From positions 9,366-73,365 of the forward strand of contig JAJEHD010000001.1 of the NCBI GenBank assembly GCA_022819505.1: DNA of 64,000 nucleotides, written 5' to 3'. The stretch comes from Acidimicrobiia bacterium. Its GTDB lineage: Bacteria > Actinomycetota > Acidimicrobiia > Acidimicrobiales > Aldehydirespiratoraceae. Below the pieces are notes generated by a model that was not told the origin of the DNA, did not search any database, and worked only from the letters and a program-made list of their open reading frames with translations. Below, piece after piece: positions 52,543-60,966 of the stretch (positions within the stretch are counted from its first letter, which is position 1; each line of letters starts with the position of its first letter). Made by a program: the position numbers and the translations under genes.

Positions 52543-53816
52543 GACGCCGCTCCGGCCAGCATCTCGGTGACGGTCGACACGACCTCGGACTCGGGCACCT
52601 GGCGCTGGCCGCCGCCGGGGCGCATGTCGCGCACGGTGGCTGCGCCCGCGGCCTGCTCGTCGGGGCCGACGATGACCGCCACCGCGGCCCCGGAGCGATC
52701 GGCCCGCTTCATTTGGGCCTTCATGGAACGGCCGTCGAAGGCCCGGTCCACGCCCAGGCCGGCCTGACGGAGCCGGTCGCACAGAACCACTGCGCTGCGT
52801 CCACCGGCGACGTCCACCACGAACACCTGCACCGGCGGCGAAGCCCCGCCGAAGGCCTCCTCGGCGTCGCAGGCCAGCAGGATGCGGTCGACGCCCAGGG
52901 CGAAGCCGATTCCGGGCGTCGCGGGCCCGCCCAACTCCTCCACCAGCCCGTCGTAGCGCCCGCCGCCGCCCACCGCGTTCTGGGCGGTGTCGAGCGCGTC
53001 GGCCACGAACTCGAAGGTGGTGCGGGTGTAGTAGTCGAGCCCGCGTACCAGGCGGGGCGACACCTCGTAGGCCGCGCCGAGGCTGTCGAGTCCGGCGGTG
53101 ACCGCCTCAAAATGCTCGGCGGAGGCCCCCGAGAGGAAGTCGGCCATGACGGGCGCCGCCGCGATCACGGGCTGGTCCTGCTCGCGCTTGGAGTCGAGCA
53201 CCCGCAACGGGTTGCGCTCCAGAGTGAGGCGGGACTGCTCGGAGAGCTCACCCCGCCGGCTCTGGAGGTAGGCGGCCAGCGCGGCGTCGTAGGCCGGGCG
53301 GCTCGCAGCATCTCCGAGGCTGTTGATCTGCAGGCGCACCTGCCTCATGCCGAGGGCCTCGTAGAAGCGCACGCCGAGGCCGATCACCTCCACGTCGGCG
53401 TGGGGGTCGTCGGTGCCGAGAGTCTCCACACCGACCTGCTCGAACTGCCGGTAGCGGCCTGCCTGGGGCCGCTCGTAGCGGAACTGGGGGCCGGAGTACC
53501 AGATCTTCCAGGGCACCGTCGGCCGGTGCTCGGCGAACGCCCGGCAGACGCTGGCGGTCAGCTCGGGGCGAAGGGCGAGGTGCCGGGGCGGGTCTCCCTT
53601 GTCGAAGAACTCGAACAGCTCCTTGGTGACGACATCGTTGTTCGCGCCGAGACGCTGGAACACTCCCAGTTCCTCGAAGATGGGCGACTCCAGCAGCTCG
53701 AAGCCGCTGCGGTCGGCCAGATCGGCGAACACGGACACCAACCGCCGCCGCCGGACCGACTCGGGCGGCAGGAGGTCGCGGGTGCCCACAGGGGCGCGGA
53801 ACAAGGGCTGGGCCAC
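52539..53816 (-). CDS. hisS: histidine--tRNA ligase
   Basis: GTRD, LRPELTA, FRYERPQAGRYRQF, LVRGLDYY and GGGRYD motifs. GTG 53816 follows a TAGCCT -10. Confidence 0.97.
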   Translation of the reverse strand: MAQPLFRAPVGTRDLLPPESVRRRRLVSVFADLADRSGFELLESPIFEELGVFQRLGANNDVVTKELFEFFDKGDPPRHLALRPELTASVCRAFAEHRPTVPWKIWYSGPQFRYERPQAGRYRQFEQVGVETLGTDDPHADVEVIGLGVRFYEALGMRQVRLQINSLGDAASRPAYDAALAAYLQSRRGELSEQSRLTLERNPLRVLDSKREQDQPVIAAAPVMADFLSGASAEHFEAVTAGLDSLGAAYEVSPRLVRGLDYYTRTTFEFVADALDTAQNAVGGGGRYDGLVEELGGPATPGIGFALGVDRILLACDAEEAFGGASPPVQVFVVDVAGGRSAVVLCDRLRQAGLGVDRAFDGRSMKAQMKRADRSGAAVAVIVGPDEQAAGAATVRDMRPGGGQRQVPESEVVSTVTEMLAGAAS

Positions 53817-53924
53817 GACCCCCGAGGCTACCGCCGCCCTGCTACTCGCCAGAGCAGCCCACCCAACCTTTGGTTGATGCGGCAACGAAGATTGTGGCGC
53901 TCCCGCGGACACTACGGTGGCTCC

Positions 53925-54920
53925 ATGGACAACGGAACTCACTTTGTTCAGTTCGTTCACCCGGGCGGAGAGCATCGGCCCGACGCGGACAGCTTCAAGG
54001 ACTGGATTGCGCTGGACACGCCCCATGCGCGCAAGTTCATGCAGTTGCAGGGCAGGTGGGTAGAGCGCGACGGCAGCGCGCGCAGTGGAGACCTCTACGC
54101 GTGGGGCGAGTGGGAGGCCCAGTCGGAACTACTGCGCCCGCTCGGCGGGAATCTCAGGGACGGGTATCCGCACTATCTCTGGCGGCCGTACTACACCGTT
54201 CCAGCCGATGGCCGCTTCGACGGACTGCGCAACACAGATCCGTTCGTCTTCGGCGGGCGGTTCCTGTACTCGAACTGCCAACAGCCCGCTAGGCCGGGTT
54301 TAAGGGGCCTCGCCCGCGGCTCGGTGATCGCGTTCGGAAGCTACAAGGCAGGCCAGTGGATTCTCGACACTGTGTTCGTCGTCGCCGGGTCAGTCCCCTA
54401 CACCGCCTCGCAGGCAGACCGGGATCTGGAGGACCCGGCGCCTGAGGTAGAGGTTCCAGAGGCATTCTTGGACGTCACCGCTGCACCGCTCGCGTCCGAA
54501 GGCTGGGACGGGGAGCTTCGCTTCTACTGGGGAGCCACGCCCGACGACCCCGTTGACAGCATGTACAGCTTCTTCCCCGCCAGCCCGGCTGATGATGGTC
54601 CCGGATTTGCCCGCCCGGCCATCGAACTCAATAGCGACTACTTCACCAAGGCGCTATCGCAGAATCACAGGCGCGAGCCAGCGTCGCTCCAGACCCTCAG
54701 CAGCCTCTGGAGGTCACTCGTCGCGCAGGTGTACGACGCAGACCTCGCCCTGGGCGTCCATGCCGCGCCCCCGCCCTGCGAAGGAACTGCGCCGCCCACA
54801 ACCAGCAGGTATCGCGCCGCGGCAGCCGCGTTGAACGCCCAGTCCATAAACTCCTGCCGAAAGCCGGGCTGCTCCCCCACGACAAAGCCACCGCAGCGGC
54901 CGCGACCCCGCTGCGTGTAG
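53925..54920 (+). CDS. uncharacterised 331-aa protein, possibly nucleotide-modification-associated (Nmad-like)
   Basis: ATG lies 6 nt after TACGGT. Globular, aromatic-rich sequence with QFVHPGGEH, RKF, WGEWE, NTDPFVFG, YSNCQQ, GSVIAFGS and LDTVFVV; Cys/Pro/Arg tail. Function is inferred only. Confidence 0.8.
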   Translation: MDNGTHFVQFVHPGGEHRPDADSFKDWIALDTPHARKFMQLQGRWVERDGSARSGDLYAWGEWEAQSELLRPLGGNLRDGYPHYLWRPYYTVPADGRFDGLRNTDPFVFGGRFLYSNCQQPARPGLRGLARGSVIAFGSYKAGQWILDTVFVVAGSVPYTASQADRDLEDPAPEVEVPEAFLDVTAAPLASEGWDGELRFYWGATPDDPVDSMYSFFPASPADDGPGFARPAIELNSDYFTKALSQNHRREPASLQTLSSLWRSLVAQVYDADLALGVHAAPPPCEGTAPPTTSRYRAAAAALNAQSINSCRKPGCSPTTKPPQRPRPRCV

Positions 54921-54950
54921 GACGAGCAGTCGGCTAGCGGGACGCCTCGA

Positions 54951-55293
54951 CTACTGCTTGGTCAGAACCTCTAGGTCGCTCGCGGAGTATCCGAAGACTT
55001 CCAGCATCTTCCTGCACTTCTTGAGTGTGTCTTCCGCTGAGAGGTTTGTCTCGACCCACATTCCCGACGACGCGATCTGCCCGGCCGTGGTCAGGTCCGC
55101 AAGGTCTGATGAAACGAACGGGCGCTTCCGACCCGCCATGGCCTTCGCTCGTTCCAAGAAGTCATGCGGATGGCGCTGATAGACCGCTTCGGCGACACAG
55201 AATCGGCAGCAGCACTCGAATCTTCGCTGCCTCCTCGTTGGCGGGCGGGCGAGGCATCGCCGCAATCCGCTCCACCGTCTCCCTGAGCCCCAT
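54951..55293 (-). pseudogene. internally deleted restriction-type gene (HsdR-N-like start fused out of frame to a SeqA-C-like end)
   Basis: AGGAGG RBS then MGLRETVERIAAMPRPPANEEAAKIRVLLPIL; frame change at ~55197 to VAEAVYQRHP..GRKRPFVS..WVETNLSAEDT..FGY. Confidence 0.7.
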
Positions 55294-55543
55294 CGGCCTC
55301 CTGCCTCTGCCTGCGAGTCCGAGAGACAAGGCTACCGACCCTGCGGGTGCCAAGTCGCCCGACACGGTCAAGGCCGAAACTGCCAGCACGCTCATCGGCC
55401 CGTGCCAGCGCTGGAGGCAGGAGGCTGCGAGCGCCCATTGACAGGAACAGGCGTGGTCTCGATTCGGAGCAAGGAAGTCGCTGCTCCGCTCGCGCGAAGA
55501 GGGTTCCCCGGCACTGTCATATGTGTCCGCTACTGTCGGCCTC

Positions 55544-56473
55544 ATGGAGTCGACAGACGCTTACGGAAGTCGTCCGGACGTCCCGGCGGACCCGGACGCT
55601 GTGCTGTCGCGACTCCTGGAGGAGTCGGTCGTGTGGGGCGATGCCGCGGAGTGGCTGCCGGCCCTGCCTGAGGCGAGCGTCGACCTGTTCTTCACATCGC
55701 CGCCCTACGCGGACGCCCGCTCGTACTCGGAGATTCACCCGGATCACTACGTCGAGTGGTTCCTGCCCTTCGCCGCCGCGATGCTCGACGCGGCAGCCGA
55801 GTCCGGGTCGTTCGTGTTGAACATCAAGAACCGCGTCGCGAACGCTGGTCCCCTCCGCGGGCAGCGACACCCCTACGTGTACGAGTTGGTGCTGGGCATT
55901 CAGCGCATGGGCTGGCGCTGGATCGAGACCTACATCTGGTCGAAGCCCAACGCCATCCCCGGCCGTTTCGGACCGCGCACCAAGGACAGCTTCGAGTACG
56001 TCTACCACTTCGCCAAGGGCGCCAAGCCCTGTTTCGATCTCGACGCCGTGCGGGTTCCGTACAAGGCGGACAACGCCGAGATCAACCGCCGCCGTCTCGA
56101 CGGCAACGGACGCCGCAACACCGAGGCCGGTTTCGGACGCGACCGGCGCAAGACTTATGAGAAGGGCGGCGCCGATCCGGGAAACGTCATCGAGGTTTGC
56201 CAGACGTACAACCAGCACAAGGGCCCCGCTGGCCAGCACACCGCGGTGATGCCTGAAGGGCTAGCGGCGTTCTTCGTCAAGGCCGCCTGCCCACCGGACG
56301 GCTTGGTGATCGATCCCTTCGCAGGGTCGGGAACAACGGTCGTCGTCGGTCGTCGACACCAGCGGCGAGCCGCAGGCATCGAACTACACCGCGACTACGT
56401 CGAGGTGTCCCGTAGCCGCATCGCCGCCGATGAGGCAGATGATCCCCAAGGGCAGTTGAGTGTCGCTGTCTGA
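55544..56473 (+). CDS. beta-class N4-cytosine/N6-adenine DNA methyltransferase
   Basis: Motif IV FTSPPY precedes motif I IDPFAGSGTT; also YIWSKPN and H.AVMP. ATG lies 7 nt after TACTGT. Confidence 0.93.
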   Translation: MESTDAYGSRPDVPADPDAVLSRLLEESVVWGDAAEWLPALPEASVDLFFTSPPYADARSYSEIHPDHYVEWFLPFAAAMLDAAAESGSFVLNIKNRVANAGPLRGQRHPYVYELVLGIQRMGWRWIETYIWSKPNAIPGRFGPRTKDSFEYVYHFAKGAKPCFDLDAVRVPYKADNAEINRRRLDGNGRRNTEAGFGRDRRKTYEKGGADPGNVIEVCQTYNQHKGPAGQHTAVMPEGLAAFFVKAACPPDGLVIDPFAGSGTTVVVGRRHQRRAAGIELHRDYVEVSRSRIAADEADDPQGQLSVAV

Positions 56474-57584
56474 CGACGAACAGGCGATTCTCGAGCAAGC
56501 GGGAGGTAACCCCAATCCCGTTGATCGACAACGAGCCGTTGGCATCTACTTGGCGAAGTCCGGCCCAGATCCGGTGCAGGCCGGGAATCTGCTGGTAACG
56601 GGCTTCCTCGCCCACACTCGCCCTTCGTTCCACCTGATACCCAAGGGCGACTCGATGGCCGACGAGGCGAGCTTCGCCGACGCGTACGTAGCGTTGGCCG
56701 ACGGCACCGAGAACTTCTTGCGCCCGGATGCTCAATCACTGGCCGAGGTTCTACGGCACACGCCTGCAGCGCTCGCGCCGCTGCGGATGATCGTGGGGCT
56801 GACCTACAACGAGCTCGCGGTCGCCATCACGCTCGCGGATGCAGGGGCACGCTCCAGTGGAGAGTCCCTCAAGAAGTTCGAGCGAAACCCTCCCCCCGAG
56901 CAAGCGTCAGAGAGGCACGACCAGCTAGCCGCGAAGATCGCCCAGGCAGTTACCGCGGCCATGCGGCGGGAGATCCTGACGGTCCCACCAAGCGCCGAGG
57001 CGTATTTCCATTCCAAACTGGATAAGCGCGACACACGAGCGGGCTGGTCGAGCGTTCAGGCGGACGCAGGCGGAGTGCCGTACTCAGCGCTGCTCTACCA
57101 GCGCTACGTTGGAGGAGTCTGGAGGCAGGTTCAAGACGCCTACTCAGAGGTGAAGGGCGACGCCATCCTCGAGTTTCCGCTGCGAGACTTGCTCGACGAG
57201 CACGGCATCCCCTATCACCACACAAGACCTGGTGCGTCGGGCGCCCAAGAGACCGCTGAACGGTACGGCATGTCACCCGGACCTGACTTCGTCATACCGG
57301 ACGAGTCCCCGACACTCGTGGTCGAGTCGAAGGTCGGAGAGGACGGCGGGACCGTCCGGGACAAAGCTGCTCGTATCAAGAGCATGACCAGCGCAGCCGA
57401 CGCGCGAGGACTCAAGGCATGCGCAGTCGTTGACGGCAAGGGCTGGACCGAGCGCACAGCGGCCCTCCTAGAGGTTGTGATCGCGACCCAGGGGCGCACT
57501 TACACACTGTCGACACTCGATCAGATCCTCCAACTGCCTGAGATTCAGACGGTATCCCACGAACTGCGGCCGTACTGGGGCTAA
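56460..57584 (+). CDS. putative Type II restriction endonuclease, PD-(D/E)XK
   Basis: PDFVIP..VVESK catalytic motif, DGGTVRDK and VVDGKGW (DpnII-like C-terminal motif); overlaps the MTase stop. Confidence 0.8.
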   Translation: MSLSDDEQAILEQAGGNPNPVDRQRAVGIYLAKSGPDPVQAGNLLVTGFLAHTRPSFHLIPKGDSMADEASFADAYVALADGTENFLRPDAQSLAEVLRHTPAALAPLRMIVGLTYNELAVAITLADAGARSSGESLKKFERNPPPEQASERHDQLAAKIAQAVTAAMRREILTVPPSAEAYFHSKLDKRDTRAGWSSVQADAGGVPYSALLYQRYVGGVWRQVQDAYSEVKGDAILEFPLRDLLDEHGIPYHHTRPGASGAQETAERYGMSPGPDFVIPDESPTLVVESKVGEDGGTVRDKAARIKSMTSAADARGLKACAVVDGKGWTERTAALLEVVIATQGRTYTLSTLDQILQLPEIQTVSHELRPYWG

Positions 57585-57589
57585 CTGGA

Positions 57590-59824
57590 TCAGCCGTTGC
57601 GGCCGGGGAGGACTCGGTAGGCCTCGAAGACGGCCTCTAGGGCCAGCACGCTCGACAGCACCGAGTCGAGCTGGGACAGGTCGGCCAGCTCGAACTCGAA
57701 GTCCATGCGGGCGATGAAATCGTCGCCGGTCTCGGCCCGCGCGCTGATGATGCTGAGACGATGCTCGGCGAGCACATCAGTCACATCGCGCAGCAGGCCG
57801 GGACGGTCCAGCGCGTGCACCGAGATGGTCGTCGAGAACCGTCCCGCGAAGTCGGCGTCCCACTCCACCTCGATCAACCGGTCGGTCTGACCCTCCGCCA
57901 GCCCGATGGCGTTGACACAGTCGGCCCGGTGCACCGAAACCCCCCGGCCCCGGGTCACGAAACCCATGATCTCGTCGGGCGGCACCGGCGCGCAGCACTG
58001 CGACAACCGGATCAGGATGTCGTCGAGACCCTCCACGTGCACGCCCACATCGGCGTCGCTGCGCCGCTGCCCCGCCCGGCGACGGGCCGTGGTGGGCAAG
58101 CGGTCCCGCTCGGCCTGCTCGTTGGAGTCGTCGTCGCCCCGCAGCGCACGCGCGAAGCGGCCGGCCACCGACGACGCCGACTGATGGCCCTCCCCGATGG
58201 CCAGGAACAGCAGGTCGGTGGAGCTGTAGTTGAGCTCCTCGGCAACGGTGTCCAGCAGCTTGTCCTTCAGCAGGCGCTGGGCGGGCAGGCCCTCCCGCCG
58301 CAGGGCCTGGATCAGGTCGTCGCGGCCGTGCTCGATGGCGTCGGCCCGGCGCTCGCGTGAGTACCACTGCTTGATCTTGTTGGCCGCCCGTCGGCTGGCC
58401 ACGAACTTGAGCCAGTCCCGGCTCGGCCCCGCGCCCTCGGTGCGGGTGGTGAAGATCTCCACCACGTCGCCCGACAGCAGGCGGCTGTCCAGAGCCACCA
58501 GCCGGCCGTTCACCTTGGCGCCCACACAAGCGTGGCCCACATCGGTGTGGATGCTGTAGGCGAAGTCGACCGGCGTGGCCCCCACCGGCAACTCGATCAC
58601 CTTGCCCTGGGGCGTGAACACGTACACCTCGTCGGTGTCCAGCTCGATCTTGAGGTTGGACATGAACTCGGCCGGGTCCGACGTCTCGGACTGCCAGTCG
58701 ACGATGCGCGACAGCCAGGCCATCTCCTGCGACGGCGAGTCGTCCTTGTACTCCCAGTGGGCGGCCACGCCGTGCTCGGCCCGGTCGTGCATCTGGCGGG
58801 TGCGGATCTGCACCTCCAGCGTCTTGCCCGCAGGGCCCACCACCGTCGTGTGCAGCGACTGGTAGAGGTTGAACTTCGGCATGGCGATGTAGTCCTTGAA
58901 CCGGCCCTGGACCGGTCGCCAGGTGGCGTGGATCGAGCCCAGCGCGGCGTAGCAGTCCCGCACCGAGCCCACCAGCACGCGGATCCCGATGAGGTCGAAG
59001 ATCTCCTCGAAAGACCGGCCCTTGACCACCATCTTCTCGTAGATCGACCACAGGTGCTTGGGCCGTCCGGTCACCTCGGCCTTGATCCCCAACTCGGCCA
59101 GGCGGGACTCCACGTCGCCCAGCACCTGCTCCAGGTAGATGTCGCGCTCGGGTGCCCGCTGCTGCACCATCTGGTCGATCTCGGCGTAGCGCCGGGGCTC
59201 CAGCGCGGCGAAGGCGAGGTCCTCCAGCTGCTGCTTGACGTCCTGCATCCCGAGGCGGTGGGCCAGCGGCGCGTACACATCGAGGGTCTCCCGGGCGATG
59301 TAGTCCTGCTTGAACGCGGGCAGCACCGCCACGGTGCGCAGGTTGTGCAGCCGGTCGGCCAGCTTGATGATCAACACCCGCAGGTCCCGGGCTATGGCCA
59401 CGATCATCTTGCGCACCGAGGCGGCCTGCTGCTGCTCGCGGGTGTCGTACTGGACCCGGTCGAGCTTGGTGACGCCGTCGACTATGCGGGCCACATCCGC
59501 GCCGAAATCCGCCTCGATCACGGCCAGGGCGACATCGGTGTCCTCCACCGCGTCGTGCAGCAGCGATGCGGCGATGGTGACGTCGTCGAGCCCGAGCCGG
59601 GCCACGATGGCGGCCACGGCCACCGGGTGGCGTATGTAGGGCTCCCCCGACAGGCGCATCTGACCCTCATGGGCTTTGGCCGCCACGTCGAAGGCCCGGA
59701 CTATCAGGTCACCCGAACCGTCGCGGTGGCGCTGGCGGTAGACCTCCAGCAGCGGAGCGATCTCGGCAGCTGCCGGCCTCCGGGCTCCACGGCGCCAAGG
59801 CAGGACCCGGGTGACGGTGGCCAT
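57590..59824 (-). CDS. relA: bifunctional (p)ppGpp synthetase/hydrolase Rel
   Basis: SGEPYI.HP, LHDAVED, KLADRLHN and YQSLHT motifs; TGS, CC and ACT domains. Confidence 0.98.
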   Translation of the reverse strand: MATVTRVLPWRRGARRPAAAEIAPLLEVYRQRHRDGSGDLIVRAFDVAAKAHEGQMRLSGEPYIRHPVAVAAIVARLGLDDVTIAASLLHDAVEDTDVALAVIEADFGADVARIVDGVTKLDRVQYDTREQQQAASVRKMIVAIARDLRVLIIKLADRLHNLRTVAVLPAFKQDYIARETLDVYAPLAHRLGMQDVKQQLEDLAFAALEPRRYAEIDQMVQQRAPERDIYLEQVLGDVESRLAELGIKAEVTGRPKHLWSIYEKMVVKGRSFEEIFDLIGIRVLVGSVRDCYAALGSIHATWRPVQGRFKDYIAMPKFNLYQSLHTTVVGPAGKTLEVQIRTRQMHDRAEHGVAAHWEYKDDSPSQEMAWLSRIVDWQSETSDPAEFMSNLKIELDTDEVYVFTPQGKVIELPVGATPVDFAYSIHTDVGHACVGAKVNGRLVALDSRLLSGDVVEIFTTRTEGAGPSRDWLKFVASRRAANKIKQWYSRERRADAIEHGRDDLIQALRREGLPAQRLLKDKLLDTVAEELNYSSTDLLFLAIGEGHQSASSVAGRFARALRGDDDSNEQAERDRLPTTARRRAGQRRSDADVGVHVEGLDDILIRLSQCCAPVPPDEIMGFVTRGRGVSVHRADCVNAIGLAEGQTDRLIEVEWDADFAGRFSTTISVHALDRPGLLRDVTDVLAEHRLSIISARAETGDDFIARMDFEFELADLSQLDSVLSSVLALEAVFEAYRVLPGRNG

Positions 59825-59832
59825 TCAGGCCC

Positions 59833-60966
59833 TCACCGCCTCTTCTTCTTGCGGGGACGAGGGGGAATGGCGCCCGACGCCGGCGTTGCCGCGGGCCTGG
59901 ATCCCGACCCGCCCCGGCGAGCGGTCGCCGATCTCTTGGCTGCGGCCGATGTGCCCAGCACCGCGTCGTCCACCGCGACGGTGCGGGTCGGGCCGCCGCC
60001 TGCGGCGCCGCGCAGGCGGATCCTCTCGGCAATCTCGACGTAGGCGGGCTCCCGCTCCTTCATCTTGGCCACCACCGCAGCTGCTACGAACAACGAAGAA
60101 TAGGTGCCCACGATGATCCCCACCAGCAGAGCGATGGCGAACTCCTGCAGGGTCACCGCGCCGAGCACGAACGAGCCGATCACCAGCATCGACGCCACCG
60201 GGATCATCGACGTGATCGAGGTGTTGACGGAACGCATCAGCACCTGGTTGAGCGACAGGTTCATCATCTCGGTGTAGGTGTACCGGCCGGTGGCCGACAC
60301 CCGGCCGACGACCTCGCGCACCTTGTCGTAGACCACGATGGTGTCATAGAGCGAGTAGCCCATGATGGTGAGGAACGCGATGACGGTGGCCGGCGTGATC
60401 TCGAACTGGAACAGCGAGTAGAAGCCCACCGACAGCACGATGTCGTGGGCCACCGCCAGCAGCGCCCCGACGGCCATCCTCCATTCGAGCCTGATCGCGA
60501 TGTAGACGGCGACGAGAGCGAAGAACACGATCAGAGCGATCTGGGCATTGGAGGTCGTCTCGGAGCCCCACGACGGGCCCACGGTGGTGACGCTGACATC
60601 GTTGCCGGTCACGCCGGTCAGTTCGGCCAGGGCGTTGCGAACGCTGTCGACCGCCTCGGGCCCCTCGATGTCGGCCCGCACCCGGACGGTGTCGCCGCCG
60701 ACCGTCTGGATCTTGGCGTCGGCCGCGCCGGTGGCCCGCAGGGCGTCCCGCACCTCCCCCACCGACAGCCCCGGCGCGGGCACCTCCCAGGAAGTGCCCC
60801 CCTCGAACTCGATGCCCAGGTCCACACCTCGCACTGCGAAGCTGCCGAGACTGATCACCACCGCGGCCAGCGAGCCGATCAGGGCCCGCCTCCAGAGACC
60901 GGGGAAGTCGATCTGGTGCTCCCCGCGGTACGCGGCACCCAGCCAGCGCAACCACCGGCCCGTCAC
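59833..60966 (-). CDS. secF: protein translocase subunit SecF
   Basis: LGIEFEGG, VGPSWG, GYSLYDTIVVYDKVRE and RSVNT motifs; GTGA overlap with secD. Confidence 0.96.
   Translation of the reverse strand: MTGRWLRWLGAAYRGEHQIDFPGLWRRALIGSLAAVVISLGSFAVRGVDLGIEFEGGTSWEVPAPGLSVGEVRDALRATGAADAKIQTVGGDTVRVRADIEGPEAVDSVRNALAELTGVTGNDVSVTTVGPSWGSETTSNAQIALIVFFALVAVYIAIRLEWRMAVGALLAVAHDIVLSVGFYSLFQFEITPATVIAFLTIMGYSLYDTIVVYDKVREVVGRVSATGRYTYTEMMNLSLNQVLMRSVNTSITSMIPVASMLVIGSFVLGAVTLQEFAIALLVGIIVGTYSSLFVAAAVVAKMKEREPAYVEIAERIRLRGAAGGGPTRTVAVDDAVLGTSAAAKRSATARRGGSGSRPAATPASGAIPPRPRKKKRR

Noticed and set aside
52713-53924. N-terminal 404 aa of the 735-aa plus-strand ORF as a large fusion protein
   Set aside because: It is antisense to hisS. 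The credible gene starts at ATG 53925 behind its own -10.
55544-57584. Assigning a recognition sequence or enzyme name to the R-M pair
   Set aside because: The motifs give only the class. Specificity needs a REBASE comparison or methylome data.
53817-57592. Integrative element or prophage call for the island
   Set aside because: No integrase, transposase, tRNA or flanking direct repeats were seen.
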